Positions 1-7,711 of a DNA stretch of 64,000 bases are shown one piece after another; the first letter of the stretch is position 1; each line of letters opens with the position of its first letter. This DNA comes from Alphaproteobacteria bacterium (GTDB lineage Bacteria; Pseudomonadota; Alphaproteobacteria; GCA-2746255): positions 5,796 through 69,795 of the forward strand of contig JAGWAR010000003.1 of assembly GCA_021296325.1 (NCBI GenBank), written 5' to 3'. The notes under the pieces were generated by a model. The model searched no databases, was not told where the DNA came from, and was given only the letters and a program-made list of their open reading frames with translations. Position numbers and translations under genes: made by a program.

Positions 1-539
1 CGTTTCGTAATGATGTTGATAACGGCGCCGATCGCGTCGGAGCCATAGAGCGTACCCTGGGGCCCGTGGAGGATTTCGATCCGCTCGACGTCGTGGACCG
101 GCACGCTGGCGAAGTTCATGCGCCCATCCGTCGTGCTGGGATCGTTCATCTCGATCCCGTCAAGCAGGATGAGGGTATGGTTTGCCCTTGAACCCCGGCT
201 GAAGATGGCCGTGTTCTTGCCGGGGCCGCCATTGCGGATGACACTCAGGCTCGGCACGGTTCGCAAGGCATCCCCGATCGAGCGGTATTGCCGGCGTTCG
301 ATGTCCTCCGCCGTGATGACGGTCATCGAGGATGCGATCTGCTCCTTCGGCGTTGCGATTCGCGTCGCGGTGACGACGACATCGGGAAGGACCGTGGGGG
401 CTTCCGATTCGGTGTCCTCCTCTTCCGCGGTTGCGGGAGCCGCCCCAACCGCCATTGCGACACATACGGCCCAGAGGGCGGCGCGCCCAAGCCAAGGACG
501 CGCTTTCGATTTTCTCGTGTTTTCCGGTAACATCGGCAT
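1..539 (-). CDS. TonB-dependent outer-membrane receptor, N-terminal part (gene continues beyond window start); likely BtuB-like given upstream cobalamin riboswitch
   Basis: Minus-strand translation from ATG at 539: MPMLPENTRKSKARPWLGRAALWAVCVAMAVGAAPATAEEEDTESEAPTVLPDVVVTATRIATPKEQIASSMTVITAEDIERRQ...TLYGSDAIGAVINIITK. It has a signal peptide, a TonB-box-like segment and plug-domain motifs. The ORF track only shows fragments because the gene runs off the window. Confidence 0.8.
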   Translation of the reverse strand, partial: MPMLPENTRKSKARPWLGRAALWAVCVAMAVGAAPATAEEEDTESEAPTVLPDVVVTATRIATPKEQIASSMTVITAEDIERRQYRSIGDALRTVPSLSVIRNGGPGKNTAIFSRGSRANHTLILLDGIEMNDPSTTDGRMNFASVPVHDVERIEILHGPQGTLYGSDAIGAVINIITK

Positions 540-864
540 TGCAGACTCCGTCTGTGTGAGTGGGTTTTCCCGTTCACGGGAGAGCCCGGCCCGGCAAGGT
601 GCCCGGGTTCTCCCGCCTTTTCGTTCGGTCGCGGCGAAGGTCGTTCGGCCGGAACCATCGACGATGGGTCTGCTGCCCCCGATGAGTCGTGGCAAAGCGA
701 GAGCGGCCCGCCGAATCCGGCGGTCTCTCTCAATCGAAAGATGTAAGGGTCGTGAAAAATACATTCGCACCGGATTCCCGTTGCCGACAACATCCTTCAA
801 ACGAAGCCATGTCACCGTCTACGGAAATCCGCACCCGTCGGGGTAACCCCGCCCAACGGCTGGT

Positions 865-1040
865 GACACTCGACGGTAGGTCTCCTGGCTTGCGGATATA
901 GGCTTTAGCGCGTCCTGCCTTCCCAGTTTCCCAGTGGCTTTTATGGACGCAGCCTCCGCTCACAGTTGCGGGGGCAGCCACGGCATTGGCCGGTTATGGC
1001 CTCACCGTGTTCCCTTGTTATCCCCGAAAACGGGGAACCG
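865..1040 (-). promoter_or_regulatory. Cobalamin (AdoCbl) riboswitch in the 5' leader of the TonB-dependent receptor
   Basis: Minus-strand reads AAGGGAACACGGTGAGGCC...CTGCCCCCGCAACTGTGAGCGG...AGCCACTGGGAA..GGGAAGGC...AGCCAGGAGACCTACC. These are the conserved GGGAA/GGUG, CUGCCCCCGCAACUGU, GCCACUG and B12-box (AGCCAGGAGACCUGCC-like) elements of RF00174. Confidence 0.7.
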
Positions 1041-1087
1041 TCGAAAAGGAGCTTAGCGAATTTCCCGGCACTTCTCAACCAAAGACA

Positions 1088-1115
1088 CGCCCCGTCCAGA
1101 ATGCCGGACGGGGCG
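1088..1115 (-). terminator. Putative rho-independent terminator downstream of the minus-strand lipoprotein gene
   Basis: Perfect inverted repeat CGCCCCGTCC-agaatgc-GGACGGGGCG immediately after the stop at 1163. It is followed on the minus strand by GUGUCUUUGGUUG. Confidence 0.4.
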
Positions 1116-1162
1116 CGCTGAATTTCGACTTTACGCTTTCTGGAAAGCGTAAAGGAAAATGC

Positions 1163-1732
1163 CTAAGCCGATAGCTCTTCGTATTGTTTTACGAATTCAC
1201 CAGCCAGCGAACGCAACACCAGCTTGATCTGGGTCAGGATTTTCTCGCCCTCGCCGTCCGTCGTCATCTTGGCGTAATTCGATCCGAAGGAACTTATCCA
1301 AGGTCCGGGCGATTCTTTGATATGAACGGAGATGATGTTTTTGGCACCGTCCGCCTCGACCATGACCGCCAAGGCAACGTCACAGATCGATTCGGCCATG
1401 AAAACACCGTAGGCGTGACATTTGCCGGAAAATTTCTGTAGTTGCATCGAGGTAATGGTCGCACCTTGCGGCATCGCGGCAAGCAAATGCCCAAGGAGAT
1501 AATCACCGATGGAAATCGTGTGGTATTTGTTCGAAAGGTTGTCGGACATGTATTCGAAGGTGGCATTGCCAAACGTGGAACGGTCCGCCATCGAGATCTT
1601 ATCCATCATCGGAGCGGCGCCCGGCACCTGCTGCGCCGTCGGTTGTGGAATGTTGACCTGGGTCGCCCGGCCGCAACCAACGAGAGCCGTGGCCAAAACG
1701 AGGACCGCCAAAAGTCTGCTGTAATTTTTCAT
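1163..1732 (-). CDS. Lipoprotein of unknown function (189 aa), lower GC than surroundings
   Basis: Signal peptide with lipobox LVGC (MKNYSRLLAVLVLATALVGCG). No recognisable catalytic motifs. GC is roughly 55% against about 64% locally. Confidence 0.55.
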   Translation of the reverse strand: MKNYSRLLAVLVLATALVGCGRATQVNIPQPTAQQVPGAAPMMDKISMADRSTFGNATFEYMSDNLSNKYHTISIGDYLLGHLLAAMPQGATITSMQLQKFSGKCHAYGVFMAESICDVALAVMVEADGAKNIISVHIKESPGPWISSFGSNYAKMTTDGEGEKILTQIKLVLRSLAGEFVKQYEELSA

Positions 1733-1889
1733 TTCCCCCCCGTGCGAATGCCGAATCGGGGTAAACGGCCCCGATCATCAAGCAGATTTGCCAGTCTAGC
1801 TGCGAATCGCGGCCAGGAGAACCCACCTTGTACCCGATCCGGGAGGACAAAACGCGCGTTCGGTGGCATATTTTTCTAAGGGTAGCCCG

Positions 1890-2099
1890 ATGACCGAAAC
1901 CGCATCCACCATCACCTGCCCGGAATGCGGGCACACAAAGACCGAGGCGATGCCGACGGAGGCTTGCGTCTATTTCTACGAATGCGGAACCTGCGGCGCG
2001 CTTCTGAAGCCAAGGAAGGGGGATTGTTGCGTCTTTTGTTCCTATGGGTCCGTCCCCTGCCCGCCCGTCCAGGAAGCCCGGGCCGGGCGGGAGACCTAG
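1890..2099 (+). CDS. GDCCVxC-domain small cysteine-rich protein (69 aa from ATG 1890; track ORF starts at an upstream GTG, 1863)
   Basis: MTETASTITCPECGH...CVYFYECGTCGALLKPRKGDCCVFCSYGSVPCP has ten Cys including the GDCCVFC signature of the GDCCVxC (seleno)protein family. An SD-like AAGGG lies 8 nt upstream of ATG 1890. Confidence 0.65.
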   Translation: MTETASTITCPECGHTKTEAMPTEACVYFYECGTCGALLKPRKGDCCVFCSYGSVPCPPVQEARAGRET

Positions 2100-2312
2100 G
2101 CGCCAAGGACGGCGAGCGCCGGTTTGGGGTGCCTTTAGCTCTTTCTTAAGGCGCATACGGTAGTAACTGCAGACGGAGAAGTGGGCCATTTGAAGGGGAC
2201 ACTCGACCGTGCATACGCCGATGAAAAGCGAGAAGGCATTCCTCTGCACGCCCGCGGCCAAGAGGCCGTCGGCGAGAAGGATGGGCTGCGCCCATCCTTC
2301 GGGGGGTGCCCG

Positions 2313-3632
2313 GTGACTCCCTACGAAATCCTGCAACTTCTTCGCAAGCATGAGAAATGGCTTGCCGGCAAGGCCGATGGCGAGCGCGCGGATCTGAGCC
2401 AGGCCGATCTGTCGGGCCTGGACCTTTCCAAGGCGGATCTGCGGAAGGCGCGCATGAATGGCGCCGTTCTCAAAAACTGCAACCTGACCGGCGCCAATCT
2501 GGAAGGCGCCAGCCTCTACGCGGCGAATCTGTCCGACTGCATCCTGAGAAAGGCGAACCTCACGAAGGCCGATTTACATGGCGTCGATCTCAAGAAAGCC
2601 GACTTGACCGAGGCCAATCTGGAAGGCGCCGACCTGCGGGAGGGCCGGATGTTCGACATGAGCTAGGGGGACGGCTGGAAAGCCGTCGGCAGCAACCTCG
2701 GGCAATCCGTCCTGAACGGCGCTATTTTGAAAAACGTCAACCTCACCCGCGCTAACATGAAAAAGGTGTCCGCCCTGGATGCCGACATGTCGGGCGCGAC
2801 GCTGGTGGGCGTCAAACTTCAGGAATCGGATCTGAAAGGCGCCAATCTAAGCAATTCAAACCTTGCAGGCGCCAATCTCGGGAATACGGACCTGTCCAAC
2901 TGCAATTTCGACGCGGCCAATCTCACCCGTGCCAACGTGGCAGGCGCAAACCTTGCCAACGCCAATCTGGAAACGGCGAACCTGATGGACGTGGAGATGG
3001 CGCTTTCCCATGTGAAGAACGCCAAGCTTCCGCGCACGCCCCCGAAGGGCAAGCGGCCGATCCAGGTTGTGCTGGAGGACCATTTGCGCTGGATCGAAAC
3101 CCGGGGCAAGGAAGGCGAACGGGCCAATTGCGACGGCTACGACCTTACCAATCTGGACCTTTCCGGCATCGACCTCAGCGGCGCCAGCATGAAAGGGGCC
3201 GACCTGTCTCGCGCCGATCTTCACGGCTGCACGTTCGAGCTTTCCGACCTGTCCCGCGCCACGCTTCAGAACACGAATCTGGAAGGCGTGAACATGGCCG
3301 GGACAAACCTGACGGAGGCCGACCTGACCGGCGCCAATTTTCATGGGGCGCGGCTTGTCTCGGTCGAGCTTCGCGACCAGGCGGGGCGCTCCACGGGACG
3401 AATGTGGCCCACCAATTTGAGCCGGGCGGCCCTGCTGGGCGCCTGCCTCGCGGAATCGGACCTGACGGGGGCCAACCTGCGCGGGGCCGATCTGCGCGGG
3501 GCCGATCTGCGCGGGGCCAACATGGCCGGGGCGGCCGTGGAAGGCGCCAATCTGGAGGGCGTGCAGTTCAAGGGCGTCATCGCCTTCGACGGCGTGATCG
3601 AGGACGTCGCAAAGCAAAAGCGGGCGGGTTAA
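2313..3632 (+). pseudogene. Pentapeptide-repeat protein paralogue 1 (PRP1), interrupted by an in-frame TAG at 2664-2666; otherwise a 439-codon frame
   Basis: Track ORFs 2181..2666 and 2727..3632 are in the same frame, separated only by one amber codon (..LREGRMFDMS*GDGWKAVGSNLGQS..). The start is placed at GTG 2313 by homology: (M)TPYEILQLLRKHEKWLAGK aligns with MSPKDIIRLLRKHERWLQGK (PRP2) and MSPHEIIRLLRKHEQWLQGK (PRP3). The body is A(D/N)LxG-type pentapeptide repeats. Confidence 0.7.
3477..3521 (+). repeat. Three tandem 15-bp units (ctgcgcggggccgat x2, ctgcgcggggccaac) inside PRP1 encoding (L)RGAD repeats
   Basis: Read directly: ..ctgcgcggggccgatctgcgcggggccgatctgcgcggggccaac.. translated GANLRGADLRGADLRGANMAG. 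Confidence 0.8.
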
Positions 3633-3643
3633 CCCTGATAGAC

Positions 3644-3660
3644 CCCGTCGGACGGCGCGT
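3644..3660 (+). terminator. Putative rho-independent terminator after PRP1
   Basis: CGGACG-gcg-CGTCCG hairpin followed by atttccataaaattttt (T-rich). Confidence 0.45.
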
Positions 3661-3920
3661 CCGATTTCCATAAAATTTTTCGAAAATTTGATTCCCTCTT
3701 GCCAGGGAACGGCGTCGATTGGCCGTTTCGCTGAACTATTTCGTTAAAGCAAAAAATTTTATCTAAATTCAAAACAAATTCTAACCAAATCCGAATCGAA
3801 AATTATTGAAAGCTTTATTCGATTTAAGGTTTCTTCTCGTTAAGTGAGAAGGAGTGGGCACGAGGCAAACACGGTTTCCTTTCTGTTAAGCGAATTAGGA
3901 AGATCGCTTTTTTCGAAGGT
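3661..3920 (+). promoter_or_regulatory. AT-rich (~40% GC) 260-bp spacer between PRP1 and PRP2: probable regulated promoter or curved-DNA region
   Basis: Strong compositional contrast with the 64% GC flanks. It contains A-tracts (aaagcaaaaaattttatctaaattcaaaacaaattctaacc), direct repeats ttcgaaaat / atcgaaaatt and tctcgttaagtga / tctgttaagcga. The only ORFs are short overlapping ones with no support. Confidence 0.4.
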
Positions 3921-3941
3921 ATGGAACCAAGTAGGTGTGAC

Positions 3942-5205
3942 ATGTCTCCAAAGGACATCATACGGCTGCTGCGAAAGCACGAAAGGTGGCTACAAGGCAA
4001 GGTCGGCGGCGTACAGGCCAACCTTTCGAACATGAACCTAACCGGGTTGGATTTTTCCTATTCCAACCTGAGTCAGGCCGAGCTTAACAGCACCAACCTC
4101 AAGCGCAGCAATTTGAACGGCGCCAACCTTTCGGGTGCGCATCTGCCGGCGGCCGACCTTTCGCTCGCCAATCTGATTCACGCGGACTTCACCGGCGCAC
4201 ACATGCAAGGCGTCAACCTGCACAAGGCCGTTCTCAAGCGCGCCAAGCTTGAGCTTGCGGATTTGCGGGAAGGCCGCGTTGCCGCCTGGAGCGAATCCGG
4301 CGACTGGAAAGCCATGTCCATCGCGGCCGATCTCAGCAACGCCGTCTTCGACGAGGGCGAACTGACCGATGCCAATTTGAGCGGCGCTGATATGCGCGGA
4401 AGTTCAGGCAAGGACGCCAACCTCTCCGGCACCATCCTTACCGGTGCAAAACTGGACAACGCCGATTGGAAAAAGGCGAACCTGACCCAGGCCAACCTTA
4501 CGGACGCAAGGCTTGTGGAAGCGAATTTCGCCGGCAGCAATTTCAACGCGGCGACCCTTGTCCGGGCCGACGTTCACGGAACCGATTTTTCGAACGCCAT
4601 CCTCGATACCGCCAATCTCGAGGATGCGCCGATCGAATTCGCAAAACTGCAAGGCGCAAAGCTTCCGGCGTCATTCAAGAAGCGGGCCAAGCCGCTGCAG
4701 AACGTCCTCAGGGATCATCAGCGCTGGATCGAAACCCGGGGAAGAACCGGCGAACGGGCCATGCTGGACGGCTATGATCTGAGCGGCCAGAACCTGTCCG
4801 GCATCGATATGAGCGGCGCCAGCCTCCGCGGGGCGGACCTTTCCGAGGAGGATCTAAGCACCGGCACCTTCGAATTAACAGACTATTCTTACGAATATGG
4901 AAGGCGCGCGGCTTGCCGGCGCCAATCTTCTGGAGGCCAATTTAAGCGGGGCAAACCTTCACAACGCCCAGCTGATTTCGATCGAGCTTCGGGATTCCAT
5001 CGGCAAGCGTACGGGACGGATGTGGCCGTCCAACCTTACGCGCGCAACGCTGATCAATACCCGGCTGGCAGGCGCCAATCTTACAGAAGCCAACCTGACC
5101 GATGCCAATATGCACGGCGCAGATCTTGACGGCGTGACTTTTGCCGGAGCGGGCATCCGCGTGGCTCCGGCAGAGCCGGAAGGCTACGGAAATTCGGCCT
5201 CGTGA
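3942..5205 (+). pseudogene. Pentapeptide-repeat protein paralogue 2 (PRP2), frameshifted near 4875-4895 by a ~17-nt deletion relative to PRP1 and PRP3
   Basis: N-terminus MSPKDIIRLLRKHERWLQGK from ATG 3942. In-frame translation degenerates into Arg/Gln-rich nonsense after ..FELTDYSYEY. The +1 frame (track ORF 4897..5205) resumes the paralogous sequence NMEGARLAGANL...VELRDSIGKRTGRMWPSNLTRATL. Nucleotide alignment with PRP1 and PRP3 shows 40 nt here where they have 57 nt. Confidence 0.65.
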
Positions 5206-5250
5206 ACACGAAACCCATGAACAACCATCAAGCCTACAATTAGGTGAAAC

Positions 5251-6546
5251 GTGTCCCCTCATGAAATCATACGGTTGCTTCGGAAGCACGAGCAGTGGCT
5301 GCAAGGCAAGCCCGAGGGTGCGCAGGCGGATTTTTCCAAGCTGGATCTTTCCGGCCTGGACCTTTCCAGCGCGAATTTGAGCCGGGCAAACCTGAATGGC
5401 GTGTCCCTGAAAAACTGCAACCTGACCGGCGCCAACCTTGAGAACGCCAATTTGTACGCGGCCGAATTTTCCTATTCGACGCTTGCGCATGCGAATCTCA
5501 AGGGCGCCGACCTGCATGGCGTAAATTTCTACAAGGCCGACCTTAGCGGAGCCAGCCTTGAAAAGGCCGATCTGCGGGAGGGCCGCCTCGCCGTCATGAC
5601 GGGCAAGGGCACCTGGCAGGTCGTCGGCAGCAACCTTGGCCGCTCGATCCTGGACGAGGCCACGCTTCGGGGCGCCAACCTGACGCGTACCGACATGAAG
5701 GCCTGCTCGGCAGTTGGAGCCGATTTTTCCGGGGCGACGATGGTCGGCGCGCGCATGAAAAACGCCAATTGCGAAGGCGCTAACCTGAACCATGCCAACC
5801 TTTCGGGCGCCAATCTTGGAAATGCCAATCTGAAAGGCTGCAATTTCAGTGGCGCCACGCTGGTCCAGACCCACGTGACGGGCGCCGATTTCTCAAACGC
5901 GAATCTTGAAACCGCCAATCTGGTGGACGTGCCGCTGACGCTTGCAAAAGTGACCAAGGCGCGCCTGCCGGCCACGCCGTCGGAGCGGAAAAAGACGATC
6001 GAGGCCATCCTCGAGAGCCACATGAAGTGGGTGAAAAGCCGGGGCAGCATGGGCGAACAGGCCATCCTGGACGGCTATGACCTGAGCTGGCTCAACCTCG
6101 CCGGCGTGGACTTGAGCGGCGCCAGCCTGAAAGGCGCCAATCTTTCGGAAACCGACCTGCATGGCGGGATTTTCGAACTGGCCGATTTTTCCGGGGCTGC
6201 CCTTCAGGGCACGAATCTGGAAGACGCCGTCCTGTCCGGCGCCAGCCTTTCGGAAGCGGACCTGAGCGGCGCCAATTTGCGCCGGGCTCATCTGCATCCG
6301 GTGGAATTGCGGGATCAAAACGGCATCTCGACCGGGCGCACCTGGCCCACCAACCTCTCGCGGGCGGCCCTTCTGGAAGCCAATTTGAGCGGCGCCGACC
6401 TCACATCGGCGAATCTGACCCATGCCGATTTACGCGGCGCGGACCTGCGCGATGCCAGTCTGAAGCAGGCGATCGTCGAAGGCGTGAACATGGAAGAAGC
6501 CTATTTCGGCGAAGATGGAAAGAGGGCCGCCGCCGCGGCGTCCTGA
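5251..6546 (+). CDS. Pentapeptide-repeat protein paralogue 3 (PRP3), 431 aa, apparently intact
   Basis: MSPHEIIRLLRKHEQWLQGKPEGAQADFS.. followed by three blocks of A(D/N)LxG pentapeptide repeats. Non-repeat segments ..IEAILESHMKWVKSRGSMGEQAILDGYDLS.. and ..VELRDQNGISTGRTWPTNLSRAALL.. are shared with PRP1 and PRP2. Confidence 0.8.
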   Translation: MSPHEIIRLLRKHEQWLQGKPEGAQADFSKLDLSGLDLSSANLSRANLNGVSLKNCNLTGANLENANLYAAEFSYSTLAHANLKGADLHGVNFYKADLSGASLEKADLREGRLAVMTGKGTWQVVGSNLGRSILDEATLRGANLTRTDMKACSAVGADFSGATMVGARMKNANCEGANLNHANLSGANLGNANLKGCNFSGATLVQTHVTGADFSNANLETANLVDVPLTLAKVTKARLPATPSERKKTIEAILESHMKWVKSRGSMGEQAILDGYDLSWLNLAGVDLSGASLKGANLSETDLHGGIFELADFSGAALQGTNLEDAVLSGASLSEADLSGANLRRAHLHPVELRDQNGISTGRTWPTNLSRAALLEANLSGADLTSANLTHADLRGADLRDASLKQAIVEGVNMEEAYFGEDGKRAAAAAS

Positions 6547-6571
6547 CCACCATCCCCCCTGTGCCCTGACC

Positions 6572-6596
6572 CGGCCGGCGAACACGGAACGCCGGC
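6572..6596 (+). terminator. Putative rho-independent terminator after PRP3
   Basis: GCCGGCG-aacacggaa-CGCCGGC hairpin followed by ttgtat. Confidence 0.4.
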
Positions 6597-6653
6597 TTGT
6601 ATCCCGGCGAAAAGCCGTTCACGCTTCGTGGATGCCTTTCCGGGAGAGCCTTC

Positions 6654-7400
6654 ATGCGCATAAGCCCCCTGCCCTGGCTTGAGCCGGTGATCGCCCACCG
6701 CGGCGCAAGCGGGGTGGCGCCGGAGAACACCCTGGCCGCGATCCGCCGGGCGGGCGAGCTTGGCGCCCGCTGGGTGGAGGTCGACCTTCGCCGGACCGCG
6801 TCGGGGCCTTTCGTGCTCATGCACGACGCCACCCTCGATCGCACGACGAACGGCACGGGCCTGGTTTCGGAAACGCCTTGCGAGGCGATCGCCGGGTTGG
6901 ACGCCGGCGGCTGGTTCGGGTCGGACTTCGCGGGCGAGCCGGTACCGACACTGAATGCCTTTATGGCGCTTTGCGGCGAGCTTGGGCTGGTAGCCAATAT
7001 CGAGATCAAGGCGGAAGCCGACGCGGACGCGGTTGGTTATGCCGCCGCCAAGGCCCTGCTTGAAGGCTGGCCGGGAACGCTGCCGCCGCCGCTGATCTCA
7101 AGCGATTCGCCCACCCTGTTGCGCGCCGTCGCGAAAATAGCGCCCGATTTTCCCCGTGGCCTCATCGTAACCCAGGTGCCAAGCGAAGCCGTGCTCAACG
7201 AACGCGCCTGGGGATGCGTTTCCGTGCACGCCAGCGATACGTTTCTTACGCGGGCCAAGACCGCGTTGCTGGTCGCCAGTGGCTACGCCGTGCTGGTGTA
7301 CACGGTCAACACGCCGGCGCGCGCCCGAACGCTTTTCGGCTGGGGGGTCGATGCCATCTTCACGGACCACCCGGAGCCGGCGCGCTGGCAGAACGGCTAG
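6654..7400 (+). CDS. Glycerophosphodiester phosphodiesterase (GDPD family)
   Basis: MRISPLPWLEPVIAHRGASGVAPENTLAAIRRAGELGARWVEVDLRRTASGPFVLMHDATLDRTTNG carries the HRG..ENT and E.D motifs of GDPD. RBS GGGAGAG precedes ATG 6654. Confidence 0.8.
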   Translation: MRISPLPWLEPVIAHRGASGVAPENTLAAIRRAGELGARWVEVDLRRTASGPFVLMHDATLDRTTNGTGLVSETPCEAIAGLDAGGWFGSDFAGEPVPTLNAFMALCGELGLVANIEIKAEADADAVGYAAAKALLEGWPGTLPPPLISSDSPTLLRAVAKIAPDFPRGLIVTQVPSEAVLNERAWGCVSVHASDTFLTRAKTALLVASGYAVLVYTVNTPARARTLFGWGVDAIFTDHPEPARWQNG

Positions 7401-7711
7401 CGGCCGGCTTCGAGCAAAAACCCGATGGCAAGCAGCGTCAACAACCGCCGCGTGCGGGCATCGATTTCCTTCTGTGTCCCATCCCCGGACGCCGCACCCG
7501 CATCCGACGTCTCTCGCCGCGCCCGCAAGGGTGGCCGCGTATCGGCGGGTGGCGCCATCGCGGTTAGAGCCGGCGGTTCGACGGCGGCTTCGCGTGCCAG
7601 CGTGAAACGGGGATGCTCCAGGGTTACCAGAGCGACACCGGTAAGCCCCAGCAAGAAGGCGCCGAGCGCATGGATGCCGATCTTCCGACCAGGAAATCGC
7701 ATCGTCATCAT
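7397..7711 (-). CDS. Possible small two-helix membrane protein (104 aa)
   Basis: Two hydrophobic segments (IHALGAFLLGLTGVALVTL; LLTLLAIGFLL). It is convergent with the GDPD gene, overlapping by 4 nt. There is no homology evidence. Confidence 0.3.
   Translation of the reverse strand: MMTMRFPGRKIGIHALGAFLLGLTGVALVTLEHPRFTLAREAAVEPPALTAMAPPADTRPPLRARRETSDAGAASGDGTQKEIDARTRRLLTLLAIGFLLEAGR

Noticed and set aside
118-846. 242-aa plus-strand ORF at the window start
   Set aside because: It lies antisense to the well-supported TonB-receptor plug domain and the riboswitch leader, is Arg/Ala/Pro-rich with no motifs, and is a typical high-GC antisense artefact.
3420-3540. Possible CRISPR-like or minisatellite array
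   Set aside because: Only three 15-bp units, no spacers, fully inside a coding region and translating to in-register pentapeptides. No CRISPR repeats or cas genes anywhere in the window.
2856-3671. 271-aa minus-strand ORF, and 4942..5874 minus-strand ORF, rich in QIGxA-type pseudo-repeats
   Set aside because: These are the reverse-complement shadows of the pentapeptide-repeat genes. The repeat periodicity makes long antisense ORFs inevitable.
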